Shown here: positions 47,986 to 57,087 of the stretch, piece after piece
How positions within the stretch are numbered: position 1 is the stretch's first letter
How the letters are laid out: every line of letters begins with the position of its first letter
IMG/VR virus record: IMGVR_UViG_3300007770_001284
Span: 124,001 to 188,000 of that record
DNA: 64,000 bases
Reading direction: 5' to 3' (one strand)
Position numbers and translations under genes: made by a program
Notes under the pieces: model-generated
The model's input: the letters and a program-made list of their open reading frames with translations, nothing else
The model's database searches: none
What the model was told of the DNA's origin: nothing

Positions 47986-50900
47986 ATGGCGTTAGTTGAC
48001 GACAAGCTTTCTTTTGTTGTGGAGGCTCTTGGGAGATATTTTTCTATAATATCGAAAGAAGAATTTATTTCTGTTTTAGCTTTTGGTGGAGAAGAAGATC
48101 TTGCTGAATTTGGTACTACTTCATTTACTGACAATGATCCATTACGGAAGCTGGTCCGTCTATTAATGAACACAACAGAGGGCGGTGTTATTCAATACGA
48201 CATCGTTAAAGAACTGGGTGATATGTTGTCTGGTGACGATGCTGCTGACCAAGACATAGCAGCTTCTTTATACAAGTTTGTAGGAGAGCCCGACTCATTT
48301 GAGACTATGGGTATAAGTGGTATGCCTGCCTCAAGCGTATCTATTAAGGAGATGATTGGTGGGAGTATATTAAACCAAGTTTTTGCTTCGCCCCAAAAAT
48401 CCGACCCTAATCTTACTGCAACGTGCGTTTTCCCCGTCCGACTAACCCCAGCGCAACGAGACACTGGTGCTGTGGCACTTTTTATGAACGCAATTCCAAC
48501 ATTAGAATTTTCTCGATGTATTCCTTATCTTGATATAACACTAATAACGCCAAATAAGCCTGTAAGCGATGATGGTAGAATTCAAACAATATCGTTAATG
48601 CAATTTTTAATAGGTCAAGCGAAGCTAGAGGAAGACTCGGTGAATGAGTACCTTCAGTCCGCGACAAGCATGGACGCGATTAGCGATTTTGTCGAAACTC
48701 AGGATGCTGCGATGGCATCCGGAGATGAGGAGCTGCTGGAAGAAGTAGCGGCAGGAATTTCTACTGCAGGTATGGAATTATTCACTGCTCCTCAAACGCT
48801 GGTTCCCATGAATGAAACGTATGATGATTTTACGGTTGACCCCGAGGCAACGACAGACGATGAAGTCGATTCGGGAGAAAAATTACCCAGTTATGGTGGT
48901 ACCAGGGGAGCTCCGATCATTGATCGAACAAGGCCGTTCATGTCGATTAATGACTTTAACATAACTGTTACGCCGTCTAAAGGGATGATGTCTCACAAGA
49001 CAGCTGACCTATCGTTAACGCTGCACGACAGATCGAGATTGTCTGAGATAGCTGAATTTGTAAAGCCGGACTTGTATGGAAGAACAGAGCTCATGATAAC
49101 TTATGGGTGGTCTCATCCAGACGATTCAGCAGCCAGTGCAGATGCTGGATTATCTGGTAATTTCTTTGGGTCTTTTTTAAACGCATTGAAGATATCAGAG
49201 AAATATGGTATTGTTAATAGCTCATTTTCCTTTGACGAAGTTGGTCAGGTTAAGATTAAGCTCAAATTATCGATGAAGGGATCAAGCGCGGTTAATACCA
49301 CGAATATCAGCAAGGGCGAGGGTGTTGACGATATTATGGAAACAATAAGAGACCTCACCGAAGCGATATCTGTGTTAAGACGCCAGATATTGGGAAGCTC
49401 TAGCGGTGCATCAGAAGATGTCGGTGGCTCGACATTCTTGGGTGCAGCATCAGACACCAGTTCTGCTTTGACGATTGACGAAGAGACGTCAAAAGCTATA
49501 GCAAAATTTCTTGGTAATAATAGAAATCCGGAAGAGGGCTCTGCGACAGATGAAATGGTAGATAATTTAACAGCATTATTCGGCAGTGACGGAAAATCAG
49601 GTGTAGTAGCAGATGCGAAGGCAACAATCGCCGGTGCCGTACAGAATAAATTATCTATTGCAAAGAGGCTCCGGGGACGAGGGCTCGATCCGTTTCCAAG
49701 GACATTCACAGGTATGGGCGGGTCATCGACGTATGTGTATATTCATGGCCAAAATAAACGGTATATCAGTCTTGGCGCTCTATTGTTATATTTCGTGGGA
49801 AAACCTCTAGCTGCGACACATAGGTTTGATGAGGTACAGTTTGTTTTTTATGCGTTTAATGACAAGTCTTCATATCTGACTGGTACAAATATTTCTGAAT
49901 TTCCAATAAAATTCGAAGAGTTTTCAAAGAAATTTAAAGAAATGACTGAAACTACTGCAAATATTCCATTAGGTCGTTTTATAAGCTTCTTAAACAAGGA
50001 ATTTGTTCATAATCAAGCCTCTGCTGCGTATGGCTTGACAAAGCTATATGAAACAGACGATGAGGGAAATCAGAAAATGAAAGAATCTATCTCTGAAGAT
50101 GCTACTGCGCTGTACAATGAAAAAGTTAAGCGCTTAGAGGATGCGTACGGGGAGTCTGCAGACCAAGAATTTAAAATGCCACGACTCACAATGCATATAG
50201 AAGCCGTTCCTATGAGAACGGGTATTGAAGACGGCCAGGGCAGGCAAGGGACAATTTTACGGATTCATCTTTTCGATAGCCAAGCGACAAAATATAGCGC
50301 GCTGGGGAAAATGATGCTAGCCTCCCGGGGCAATTCTCTTGGAATGCTGTCTTCTGCCGCATCTCAGTCCGCTAGAGAGCCAGACCCCGAAGAGGAAACC
50401 GCACAAGCAGACCATGAGGCAGAGTTTATCGATTTACTTTCTCAAGCATTAGACGCCGGTCTTCTAGAGGCAGTGCCTGAGCTAGTCGGCGCAACAGTTG
50501 ATGGGAATGGAGCGATTACAAGCGTAGATCCGGAAGAGTTCGCAAGAAATTATTTTCGTCTTAAGGGTGGTTTTAGAGCGCTAAAAGCGTTTGTGTCTAA
50601 ATCGATGCCATCTATCATTTATGGCTCACAAAATTCTGCGGTTATTTCCGCTGATCTTTCTTCGATGAATAATTCAAAGTTGGCAACAGTCAATATGCAA
50701 CGCGGCGGCCTTGGCGGGGGCACAACAGCCCAGGGCGCTAGAGACGCGGGACTCCCCCTACAGACGGCACCAACATCACTTTCAATGACAACGCTTGGTT
50801 GTCCTGTGATAGAATATGGTCAGCATCTTTTTGTAGATTTCGGAACGGGCACGTCTGTCGACAATGTGTATGTTGTAAGCGGGATAGGCCACACAATATC

Positions 50901-51021
50901 GCAAGGGAAGTTTGAGACGAAACTTAAGTGCACACAGGTAGACGCATTTGGAAAATATATCAGCACGTTCCAATCTATCGAAAAAGCTCTTACTGCGATG
51001 ACAGAGACAGAAGAATCGTGA
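47986..51021 (+). CDS. baseplate hub-like protein (gp27/gpD-like fold) with large insertions
   Basis: C-terminal LSMTTLGCPVIEYGQHLFVDF...YVVSGIGHTISQGKFETKLKC is typical of hub/late-control-D folds; follows the LysM gene. Confidence 0.65.
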   Translation: MALVDDKLSFVVEALGRYFSIISKEEFISVLAFGGEEDLAEFGTTSFTDNDPLRKLVRLLMNTTEGGVIQYDIVKELGDMLSGDDAADQDIAASLYKFVGEPDSFETMGISGMPASSVSIKEMIGGSILNQVFASPQKSDPNLTATCVFPVRLTPAQRDTGAVALFMNAIPTLEFSRCIPYLDITLITPNKPVSDDGRIQTISLMQFLIGQAKLEEDSVNEYLQSATSMDAISDFVETQDAAMASGDEELLEEVAAGISTAGMELFTAPQTLVPMNETYDDFTVDPEATTDDEVDSGEKLPSYGGTRGAPIIDRTRPFMSINDFNITVTPSKGMMSHKTADLSLTLHDRSRLSEIAEFVKPDLYGRTELMITYGWSHPDDSAASADAGLSGNFFGSFLNALKISEKYGIVNSSFSFDEVGQVKIKLKLSMKGSSAVNTTNISKGEGVDDIMETIRDLTEAISVLRRQILGSSSGASEDVGGSTFLGAASDTSSALTIDEETSKAIAKFLGNNRNPEEGSATDEMVDNLTALFGSDGKSGVVADAKATIAGAVQNKLSIAKRLRGRGLDPFPRTFTGMGGSSTYVYIHGQNKRYISLGALLLYFVGKPLAATHRFDEVQFVFYAFNDKSSYLTGTNISEFPIKFEEFSKKFKEMTETTANIPLGRFISFLNKEFVHNQASAAYGLTKLYETDDEGNQKMKESISEDATALYNEKVKRLEDAYGESADQEFKMPRLTMHIEAVPMRTGIEDGQGRQGTILRIHLFDSQATKYSALGKMMLASRGNSLGMLSSAASQSAREPDPEEETAQADHEAEFIDLLSQALDAGLLEAVPELVGATVDGNGAITSVDPEEFARNYFRLKGGFRALKAFVSKSMPSIIYGSQNSAVISADLSSMNNSKLATVNMQRGGLGGGTTAQGARDAGLPLQTAPTSLSMTTLGCPVIEYGQHLFVDFGTGTSVDNVYVVSGIGHTISQGKFETKLKCTQVDAFGKYISTFQSIEKALTAMTETEES

Positions 51022-51027
51022 TAATTC

Positions 51028-51056
51028 TTGAACATACTACTTGTGTGCTCTAATTT
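51028..51056 (+). promoter_or_regulatory. sigma70-like promoter for the polymerase gene
   Basis: TTGAAC-N17-TAATTT. The predicted +1 coincides with the ATG at 51064. Confidence 0.45.
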
Positions 51057-51063
51057 TGCTCTA

Positions 51064-52266
51064 ATGTCTATTTTTGTTTGTAAAGATGCTATAGGAACAG
51101 GACAGAGCTTATTACTTGAAGATGGCCAAGCATGTTGGGTCACCGATGAATATCCGGCAACATTCACTTATGGCTGTGGTGATAGAATCAATGCGTCTGA
51201 GCCTCTGTTCCAGCTTTTTGATATCACTTTACCAGAATTGATACCAGCAGAATTTATTCAAGCAATGCGAACATGCGGGATCGACAAGGGTGTTCCGTGG
51301 GCTCATATATTGCCAAAAAGGAAATTTATGGAGAGGTTTAAAAACTTCATCAATGCCCTTTCAGCCGCAGAAGAAAATATAGCGAATAATGAATATTCTA
51401 ATTTTTTTATTGAAACGAACAGAATTTTAAATAAACTATACTCATGTCAGCTCGACATGGACAAAGCTAAGCACGAACTGGAAATGACTACCTCTGCTGC
51501 TTTGACTAGCTTTTTGAAAGCTAGCAAAAACGCCATAATTGAACCGCCACAATATAGCAGAGTTTCTACTAAAACAGGACGTCTTACAATTAAAACTGGT
51601 CCGCAAATTTTAACTCTAAAAAAAGAATATCGTGAAGTTTTAAGAAGCAGGTTTGATGGTGGGTCTTTATTTGAAGTCGACTTTACATCACTAGAGCCAA
51701 GAGTCGCGTTTAATATCACTGCTGGGGAGAAGTTGCTACCGGGGGAAAAGAGTCCAACAGATCTATACCAATTCTTTATAGAGAAATCTAATATTCAAAT
51801 TCAGCGAGACACTGCGAAGCTAGCTGTGCTGTGTTCGCTTTACGGCGCAGGCACCTCTAAGTTGAGGTCAGTTTTGCAGAAAGACGGAAGCACATTTTCT
51901 GCTGACATGCTGGTCAAGAGGGTCGAGTCGTTTTTTGGCTTAAAAGAGATATTCAAAATGTTGAATGACCAAGCACAATCCGGGTATATTACCAATTTTT
52001 ATGGTCGACCTATCGAAGTCACCGACACTCGTCGCAATATTTTAGTCAATAATTTTCTACAATCAACAGCTGTTGACGTCGCTCTAGCGGGTTTTTGCCA
52101 GATTGTCGAAAATATTCCTTCGTGTAGGCCGGTCTTTATTATTCATGATGCCCTAATTATGGATGTGCCAAACGGACAGGAAGACAAGTTGCAAGACATA
52201 GTCGCTAAAGGATTTTCTGATGAGAAGATGGGTCACTTTCCCCTCAAGCTTACGAGGTTAAAATGA
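51064..52266 (+). CDS. polA: short family A DNA polymerase (polymerase domain only)
   Basis: TKTGRLT; motif A VDFTSLEPRV; motif B RDTAKLAVLCSLYG; NNFLQSTAVD; motif C FIIHDALIMDV. No exonuclease motifs. The ATG at 51064 is preferred over the TTG at 51028. Confidence 0.85.
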   Translation: MSIFVCKDAIGTGQSLLLEDGQACWVTDEYPATFTYGCGDRINASEPLFQLFDITLPELIPAEFIQAMRTCGIDKGVPWAHILPKRKFMERFKNFINALSAAEENIANNEYSNFFIETNRILNKLYSCQLDMDKAKHELEMTTSAALTSFLKASKNAIIEPPQYSRVSTKTGRLTIKTGPQILTLKKEYREVLRSRFDGGSLFEVDFTSLEPRVAFNITAGEKLLPGEKSPTDLYQFFIEKSNIQIQRDTAKLAVLCSLYGAGTSKLRSVLQKDGSTFSADMLVKRVESFFGLKEIFKMLNDQAQSGYITNFYGRPIEVTDTRRNILVNNFLQSTAVDVALAGFCQIVENIPSCRPVFIIHDALIMDVPNGQEDKLQDIVAKGFSDEKMGHFPLKLTRLK

Positions 52267-52745
52267 ACGAAGAAAAATTACGACAGCATATTCGTAAGAT
52301 TCTGTTAGAAGAAAGAGAATATACCAAGGGTGACGTTGTAGTTTCTGGAGCTCGAGGCCGGCCGAGTAAGCTTACAATGGAAGCCGGTGCATTGGCAGAA
52401 AGTGATCCAAAGAAATTGATGAAAAACCTTAAAGTCACCAGCTCAGAGCGTGGTAACTTCGACGGTTTGTCAGGCATTATAAAGCAAGCGATTTCAGGGA
52501 CAGAAGCAATGCAGCGCGCTTTCGGTGCCACCAAGTTAATTAAGTCAAAAAATGACTTAAAAGGTATTCAGGTTGCCCAAGGTGAATTGAAGCTTGGAAC
52601 AGCCGCGAAATTTTTGAATTATTCGCTTGTTGGGGCTGTGAAGTCTAGAATGATAGTCCCTGAAGAGGTAATCCAAATAAAGGTACTGTCTGGAATCGGA
52701 CTTGTGGTTTATTTATCGAAAACCAAGAGCTGGGAATCACGGTAA
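52263..52745 (+). CDS. hypothetical basic protein
   Basis: 160 aa; N-terminal KLRQHIRKILLEE helix. Confidence 0.65.
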   Translation: MNEEKLRQHIRKILLEEREYTKGDVVVSGARGRPSKLTMEAGALAESDPKKLMKNLKVTSSERGNFDGLSGIIKQAISGTEAMQRAFGATKLIKSKNDLKGIQVAQGELKLGTAAKFLNYSLVGAVKSRMIVPEEVIQIKVLSGIGLVVYLSKTKSWESR

Positions 52746-52798
52746 ATAACCCTGTACATTATTTCCTAAAATACTAATATTTTTAGTTAGGAAAAGTA

Positions 52799-53638
52799 AT
52801 GAAACACCTTGAGAACAGTGATAATTTAGTTGTATTAACCAGGTTAAAGGGCCTTGAACCACCAGATCGTGGTCCGATCAAGGGAGATGTCCCAGCAGTC
52901 GTTCTGGACGTAGAAACGACAGGCTTAAATTCGGATAAAAATGAAATAATCCAGATTGCTGTACGACCTTTTTTTGTGAACCCTGAAACAGGTGAAATAT
53001 CTGGCATTAAGAAATGTATTGAGTTTCTTCAGCAACCGAGTTTTCCTCTTCCCGAAGAAATTCGCGATATTACTGGTTTTTCTGATGAAGATCTTGCTGG
53101 TCATGAGATTGACTGGAAGAAAGTCTCAAAAATTCTGAATTCTTGCCAATTTATCATTGCGCATAACGCTAGCTTTGATCGTGAGTGGATAGATAAGAAC
53201 CTTAAGAGGAACGGCTATCAGCCTCCTCCAGATGCCATCTGGTGTTGCTCTCTGTCACAAGTCAATTGGAACAATGTCTGTCGACCGTCTAAGGCTCTGG
53301 AGGTCCTCTGCGCTTGGCATGGGTTTTTTTATGATTCCCATAATGCGATTGCCGACATCGACGCGACATTACACTTGTTAAGGTCTGCTGGGAGGATGCA
53401 AGAACTTCTTTCAGCCGCCGTTGAGTCTGATTATCATGTGTTTGCTGTGGGTTCTCAACGGGATGAAAATCCGCTGCTTAAAGCACGTCGATATCGCTGG
53501 AATCCTGACTTAGTATGTTGGTGGAAGTCTACACCATCCCAAAATGCCGCTGAAAATGAGTGCGAGTGGTTGCAGCAGAATCTAAAGAAAGTAGAACCAC
53601 AATTTTTTGAGGTAGAACCACAACTACGTTTTTCTTGA
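52799..53638 (+). CDS. DEDDh 3'-5' exonuclease (DNA Pol III epsilon-like)
   Basis: ExoI VLDVETTGL, ExoII IAHNASFD, ExoIII HNAIADIDAT. C-terminal KARRYRWNP...WWK domain. Confidence 0.9.
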   Translation: MKHLENSDNLVVLTRLKGLEPPDRGPIKGDVPAVVLDVETTGLNSDKNEIIQIAVRPFFVNPETGEISGIKKCIEFLQQPSFPLPEEIRDITGFSDEDLAGHEIDWKKVSKILNSCQFIIAHNASFDREWIDKNLKRNGYQPPPDAIWCCSLSQVNWNNVCRPSKALEVLCAWHGFFYDSHNAIADIDATLHLLRSAGRMQELLSAAVESDYHVFAVGSQRDENPLLKARRYRWNPDLVCWWKSTPSQNAAENECEWLQQNLKKVEPQFFEVEPQLRFS

Positions 53639-53652
53639 GATAATTAAGGTTA

Positions 53653-53946
53653 ATGGCTAATGAACAAAAAGAAAGACTGCGAACCCTGATTAGGTTTCTT
53701 CTAGAAGATGCTGAAATTCTTGGTGAGCCTGATTTCATTGATGGTCGAGATGACGACGACGATGAAGGACATCATGATGAAGCCTCTGCTGGAGGCGTTC
53801 CTGGTCCCGCAATGCCACTTGGTGTTGGACCATCATATCCAGCGACAGGTCGTCGTCGGAAGAAAAGAAAACCCGCGTGGAAAGCAAATGCTAGCGGTTT
53901 CGGTGGCGCAGCACCGTATACGAAGCCTAAAAAAAATAAGAATTAA
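53653..53946 (+). CDS. hypothetical protein
   Basis: 97 aa; RLRTLIRFLLED helix, acidic stretch, basic C-terminus. Confidence 0.6.
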   Translation: MANEQKERLRTLIRFLLEDAEILGEPDFIDGRDDDDDEGHHDEASAGGVPGPAMPLGVGPSYPATGRRRKKRKPAWKANASGFGGAAPYTKPKKNKN

Positions 53947-53948
53947 AT

Positions 53949-53977
53949 TTGAACATTAACAGTTTGTTTATTAAGTT
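53949..53977 (+). promoter_or_regulatory. sigma70-like promoter for the SSB gene
   Basis: TTGAAC-N17-TAAGTT. Confidence 0.45.
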
Positions 53978-54046
53978 TTACTTGTCCTTAGGGACACCCG
54001 TAGTGGGAATTTGAATATTGCATATTAAAAATTGGAGATTAAAAAA

Positions 54047-54841
54047 ATGGCAATTGATTTTGAAGCGCTTCGCAAGAAGCTAGGCCAGCTTTCTGGCAAT
54101 AATTCTCGTCGCAATACGATGTGGCGACCTCAAGAGGGAGAAGAAGCGATCGTTCGTATGTTGGCGTTTGACAACGAAGACGGTCTTCCCTTTTCTGAAC
54201 GATGGTTCTATTATAACATCGGAAATAATCCGGGTCTGTTGGCTCCCTATCAATTCGGAAACCCCGACCCGATTCAAGAGCTTATCACAACGTTGCGCGA
54301 TGAAGGTACGAAAGAGTCTTATGAGCTTTGCAAGAAGCTTTATCCCAAGCCTCGGTACTACGCTCCTGTGATTGTTCGAGGAGAAGAAGATCGTGGCGTT
54401 CGTCTGTGGGCATTTGGAAAGACTGTGTACCAGTCATTGCTAAATGTTATGCTCGATGAAGACTATGGCGATATTACGGACCCAGTAGACGGTCGTGATG
54501 TGAAGGTCGTTTGTACAAAGCAACCCGGTCGGCTTTATGCCACGACTGAAGTTCGTCCCCGTGGAAAGCAATCTAAGCTGGCTTCATCTGCAAAGCAGAT
54601 GAAGGAATGGACGGAAGCGCTCCCTAATCTTGATGAGCTTTACGAAGCAAAGTCTTATGATGCGCTTTCTAAGATTGTCAACGATTGGCTAAATGAGGGC
54701 GACACTGAAGCAGCCGAGTCGACAGGTACATCTCGCGGGTTTGACAATAATCAGAGCAAGAGCGGTTCAAGTGATCAGGTTGCATCGAAGTTTAAGAGTT
54801 TGGACGATGCGTTTGCTGATTTGGAAGAAGATGATTTTTGA
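54047..54841 (+). CDS. gp32: single-stranded DNA-binding protein (T4 gp32-like)
   Basis: MAIDFEALRKKL basic N-terminal helix; WRPQEG...VRML; KKLYPKPRYYAPVIVRGEE...VRLWAFGKTVY; DITDPVDGRDV; acidic tail FADLEEDDF. Confidence 0.88.
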   Translation: MAIDFEALRKKLGQLSGNNSRRNTMWRPQEGEEAIVRMLAFDNEDGLPFSERWFYYNIGNNPGLLAPYQFGNPDPIQELITTLRDEGTKESYELCKKLYPKPRYYAPVIVRGEEDRGVRLWAFGKTVYQSLLNVMLDEDYGDITDPVDGRDVKVVCTKQPGRLYATTEVRPRGKQSKLASSAKQMKEWTEALPNLDELYEAKSYDALSKIVNDWLNEGDTEAAESTGTSRGFDNNQSKSGSSDQVASKFKSLDDAFADLEEDDF

Positions 54842-54867
54842 TTTATAGGACGAAAGTACTATTTTTC

Positions 54868-54899
54868 ATGGGGACGAAGCAATTCGTCCCCATTTTTTT
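54868..54899 (+). terminator. rho-independent terminator after the SSB gene
   Basis: ATGGGGACGAA / GCAA / TTCGTCCCCAT followed by a T run. Confidence 0.88.
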
Positions 54900-54925
54900 G
54901 AAAAATTATTGGATTGATTTTATAA
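54898..54925 (+). promoter_or_regulatory. sigma70-like promoter for recA
   Basis: TTGAAA-N16-TATAAT. Confidence 0.5.
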
Positions 54926-54944
54926 TCTTTTCACGGGGATCTAA

Positions 54945-56135
54945 ATGGCAAGAAAGAAAAAAGAAGAAGTTGATTTCACCAGTGACTTGATTAAGTCTTT
55001 AAATAAGGAGCACGGCTCTCGTGTTGCATACAATTTATCACAAGATGAATCTCCTACACACGTGAAACGCTGGATCGGTACAGGTTCTAAACAATTAGAT
55101 TATATTATCTCTAATAGACCCAATGGTGGATTACCAGAGGGTCGAATTGTGGAAATATTTGGACCGCCCTCGATTGGCAAGTCTCATATTGCAATTCAGA
55201 TTGCTCGTTCCACCCAAGAGATGGGTGGAATTGTTGTTTATATCGACACAGAAAATGCTACTTCTGTAGAAAATCTCAGTCTTCTGGGTGTTGATATCAC
55301 TAAGCGTTTTGTGTATGTTGACACTCACTGTACTGAAGAAGTATTATCGATTGCAGAGGCTACAATTATGAAAGCAAAGGCGATGGATAAGGATGTTCCG
55401 ATTACGATCGTCTGGGATTCAGTCGCTGCTTCGTCACCAAAGGCTGAATTGGTAGGAGATTATGACCAAAACTCGATTGGCCTGCAGGCAAGAGCTATTT
55501 CTAAAGGGATGCGAAAAATTACAGGTGTAATCGGTAATCAAAATGTTTTGTTTGTTATTCTAAATCAGATTCGAACTAAGATCGGTGTGATGTATGGTGA
55601 TCCAACAGTTACGCCGGGAGGAAAAGCGATTCCATTTCATTCCTCCGTACGTATTAAGCTTGGTGCCGGCCAAAAGATTGAAAACAAGAATAAAGAAGTT
55701 GTCGGGATTCACGTTTCTGCAAAGACAATCAAGAATAAAGTCGCTGCTCCATTTCGTACTTGTAATTTCGAGATTCATTTTGGGAAAGGAATTCAAGAAC
55801 ATGAGCAAGTTTTTGATGAATTACGAAAATTCGGGGCAGGTATTGTAGACGGAAATGAAATTTGTATTAAGGGGACATCCGCTTGGAAAAACCTCACAGT
55901 CGCAGACGTTTCCACCGGGGAAATTTTGGTGGAAAAGAAGTTTTATAAAGCGGATTTCAATGATGTGTGGAAAGACCCGCAATATCGAAAGTATATTGAT
56001 GCTTTGCTTGAGCTTTGTATGATTCGAAAACTAGAAGACCCCAATGCTGCCGAGCTAGACACTGAATCGTATGAAGAGGTTCGCTCTGCCGTGATGGAGC
56101 TAAACCTTGAAGACATGCCAGATTTAGATGTATGA
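54945..56135 (+). CDS. recA: RecA/UvsX recombinase
   Basis: GGLPEGRIVEIFGPPSIGKS Walker A; VYIDTENA; VWDSVAA; LNQIRTKIGVMYGDPTVTPGGKAIPFHSSVRI; KNKVAAPF. Confidence 0.96.
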   Translation: MARKKKEEVDFTSDLIKSLNKEHGSRVAYNLSQDESPTHVKRWIGTGSKQLDYIISNRPNGGLPEGRIVEIFGPPSIGKSHIAIQIARSTQEMGGIVVYIDTENATSVENLSLLGVDITKRFVYVDTHCTEEVLSIAEATIMKAKAMDKDVPITIVWDSVAASSPKAELVGDYDQNSIGLQARAISKGMRKITGVIGNQNVLFVILNQIRTKIGVMYGDPTVTPGGKAIPFHSSVRIKLGAGQKIENKNKEVVGIHVSAKTIKNKVAAPFRTCNFEIHFGKGIQEHEQVFDELRKFGAGIVDGNEICIKGTSAWKNLTVADVSTGEILVEKKFYKADFNDVWKDPQYRKYIDALLELCMIRKLEDPNAAELDTESYEEVRSAVMELNLEDMPDLDV

Positions 56136-57078
56136 TAGACCTATACTAATAGTCGATGGGTTAAATTGTTTTTTTAGACACTTTGTAGCAAATCCTTCGC
56201 TAAGCGAAAACGGGGATCCAGTTGGGGGTATTGTGGGTTTTTTGAAAGGCCTGCAGCTTTTGCTTGAGAGGTATAACCCAACCCGTGTTATTGTTGTTTG
56301 GGAAGGCGGCGGCTCCCCCCGCCGCAGGGCGATCGATCCCAATTATAAAGCGGGCCGCCGTCCGGAAAAATTAAACAGGTTCTATTCTGAAGATATTCCA
56401 GACACTGTTTCAAATCGAAATGAGCAACTTTCAAAGCTTGTTAAAATCTTACGACATACTCCTGTTTCGCAATTTTACGTTTCCGATTGCGAAGCAGATG
56501 ATATAATCGCAAGGTTAGTGAATGTTAATTTTAAAAATGAAAAATGTGTAATCGTATCGACAGATAAAGACCTTTATCAATTGATCTCACCCAGAGTAAA
56601 ACAATGGTCCCCTGGTCAAAAAGCAGAGCTCGACCCACGTGTAATTTTAGAGAAATTTGGTATTCATCCTGAAAATTTTTGTGTTGCTCGTTGTTTTATT
56701 GGTGACGGCTCAGATGGGTTAAAAGGTGTACGTGGCGCTGGGTTTAAAGCCATGGCAAAGCGCTTTCCCGAGCTTAAATCTTCTTCATTTGTGAGTGTTG
56801 AAGTTATACTTAGCTTATGTCGAGAACGGCGGGAACAAAAGAGGTTAAAGCTTTATGATAATATCGTGTCTGATCAAGAAATTGTCAAAAAAAATTGGAA
56901 ACTCATGTACCTCGGAAGCGGAAACCTCTCCGGCACTCAAGTTCAAAAAATAGACGACATTATTTCGATGCAAGCTGGGAAAAGGGACAAATTGGGTTTC
57001 ATGCGTTGCTTAATTCAGCTGTGTATAAAAAATTTCGATACAGATAGACTTTTTATGACTTTTAAAGCATTAAATTAG
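56128..57078 (+). CDS. 5'-3' exonuclease / flap endonuclease (T4 RNase H-like)
   Basis: LIVDGLN; NYKAGR; CEADDIIA; VSTDKDLYQL; GDGSDGLKGVRGAGFK. Confidence 0.92.
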   Translation: MYDRPILIVDGLNCFFRHFVANPSLSENGDPVGGIVGFLKGLQLLLERYNPTRVIVVWEGGGSPRRRAIDPNYKAGRRPEKLNRFYSEDIPDTVSNRNEQLSKLVKILRHTPVSQFYVSDCEADDIIARLVNVNFKNEKCVIVSTDKDLYQLISPRVKQWSPGQKAELDPRVILEKFGIHPENFCVARCFIGDGSDGLKGVRGAGFKAMAKRFPELKSSSFVSVEVILSLCRERREQKRLKLYDNIVSDQEIVKKNWKLMYLGSGNLSGTQVQKIDDIISMQAGKRDKLGFMRCLIQLCIKNFDTDRLFMTFKALN

Positions 57079-57087
57079 GAAAAAATT

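Noticed and set aside
31117-51021. Bacterial extracellular contractile injection system (suggested by two sheaths)
   Set aside because: Terminase, portal, protease, scaffold, capsid and replication genes are contiguous, so this is a DNA-packaging phage.
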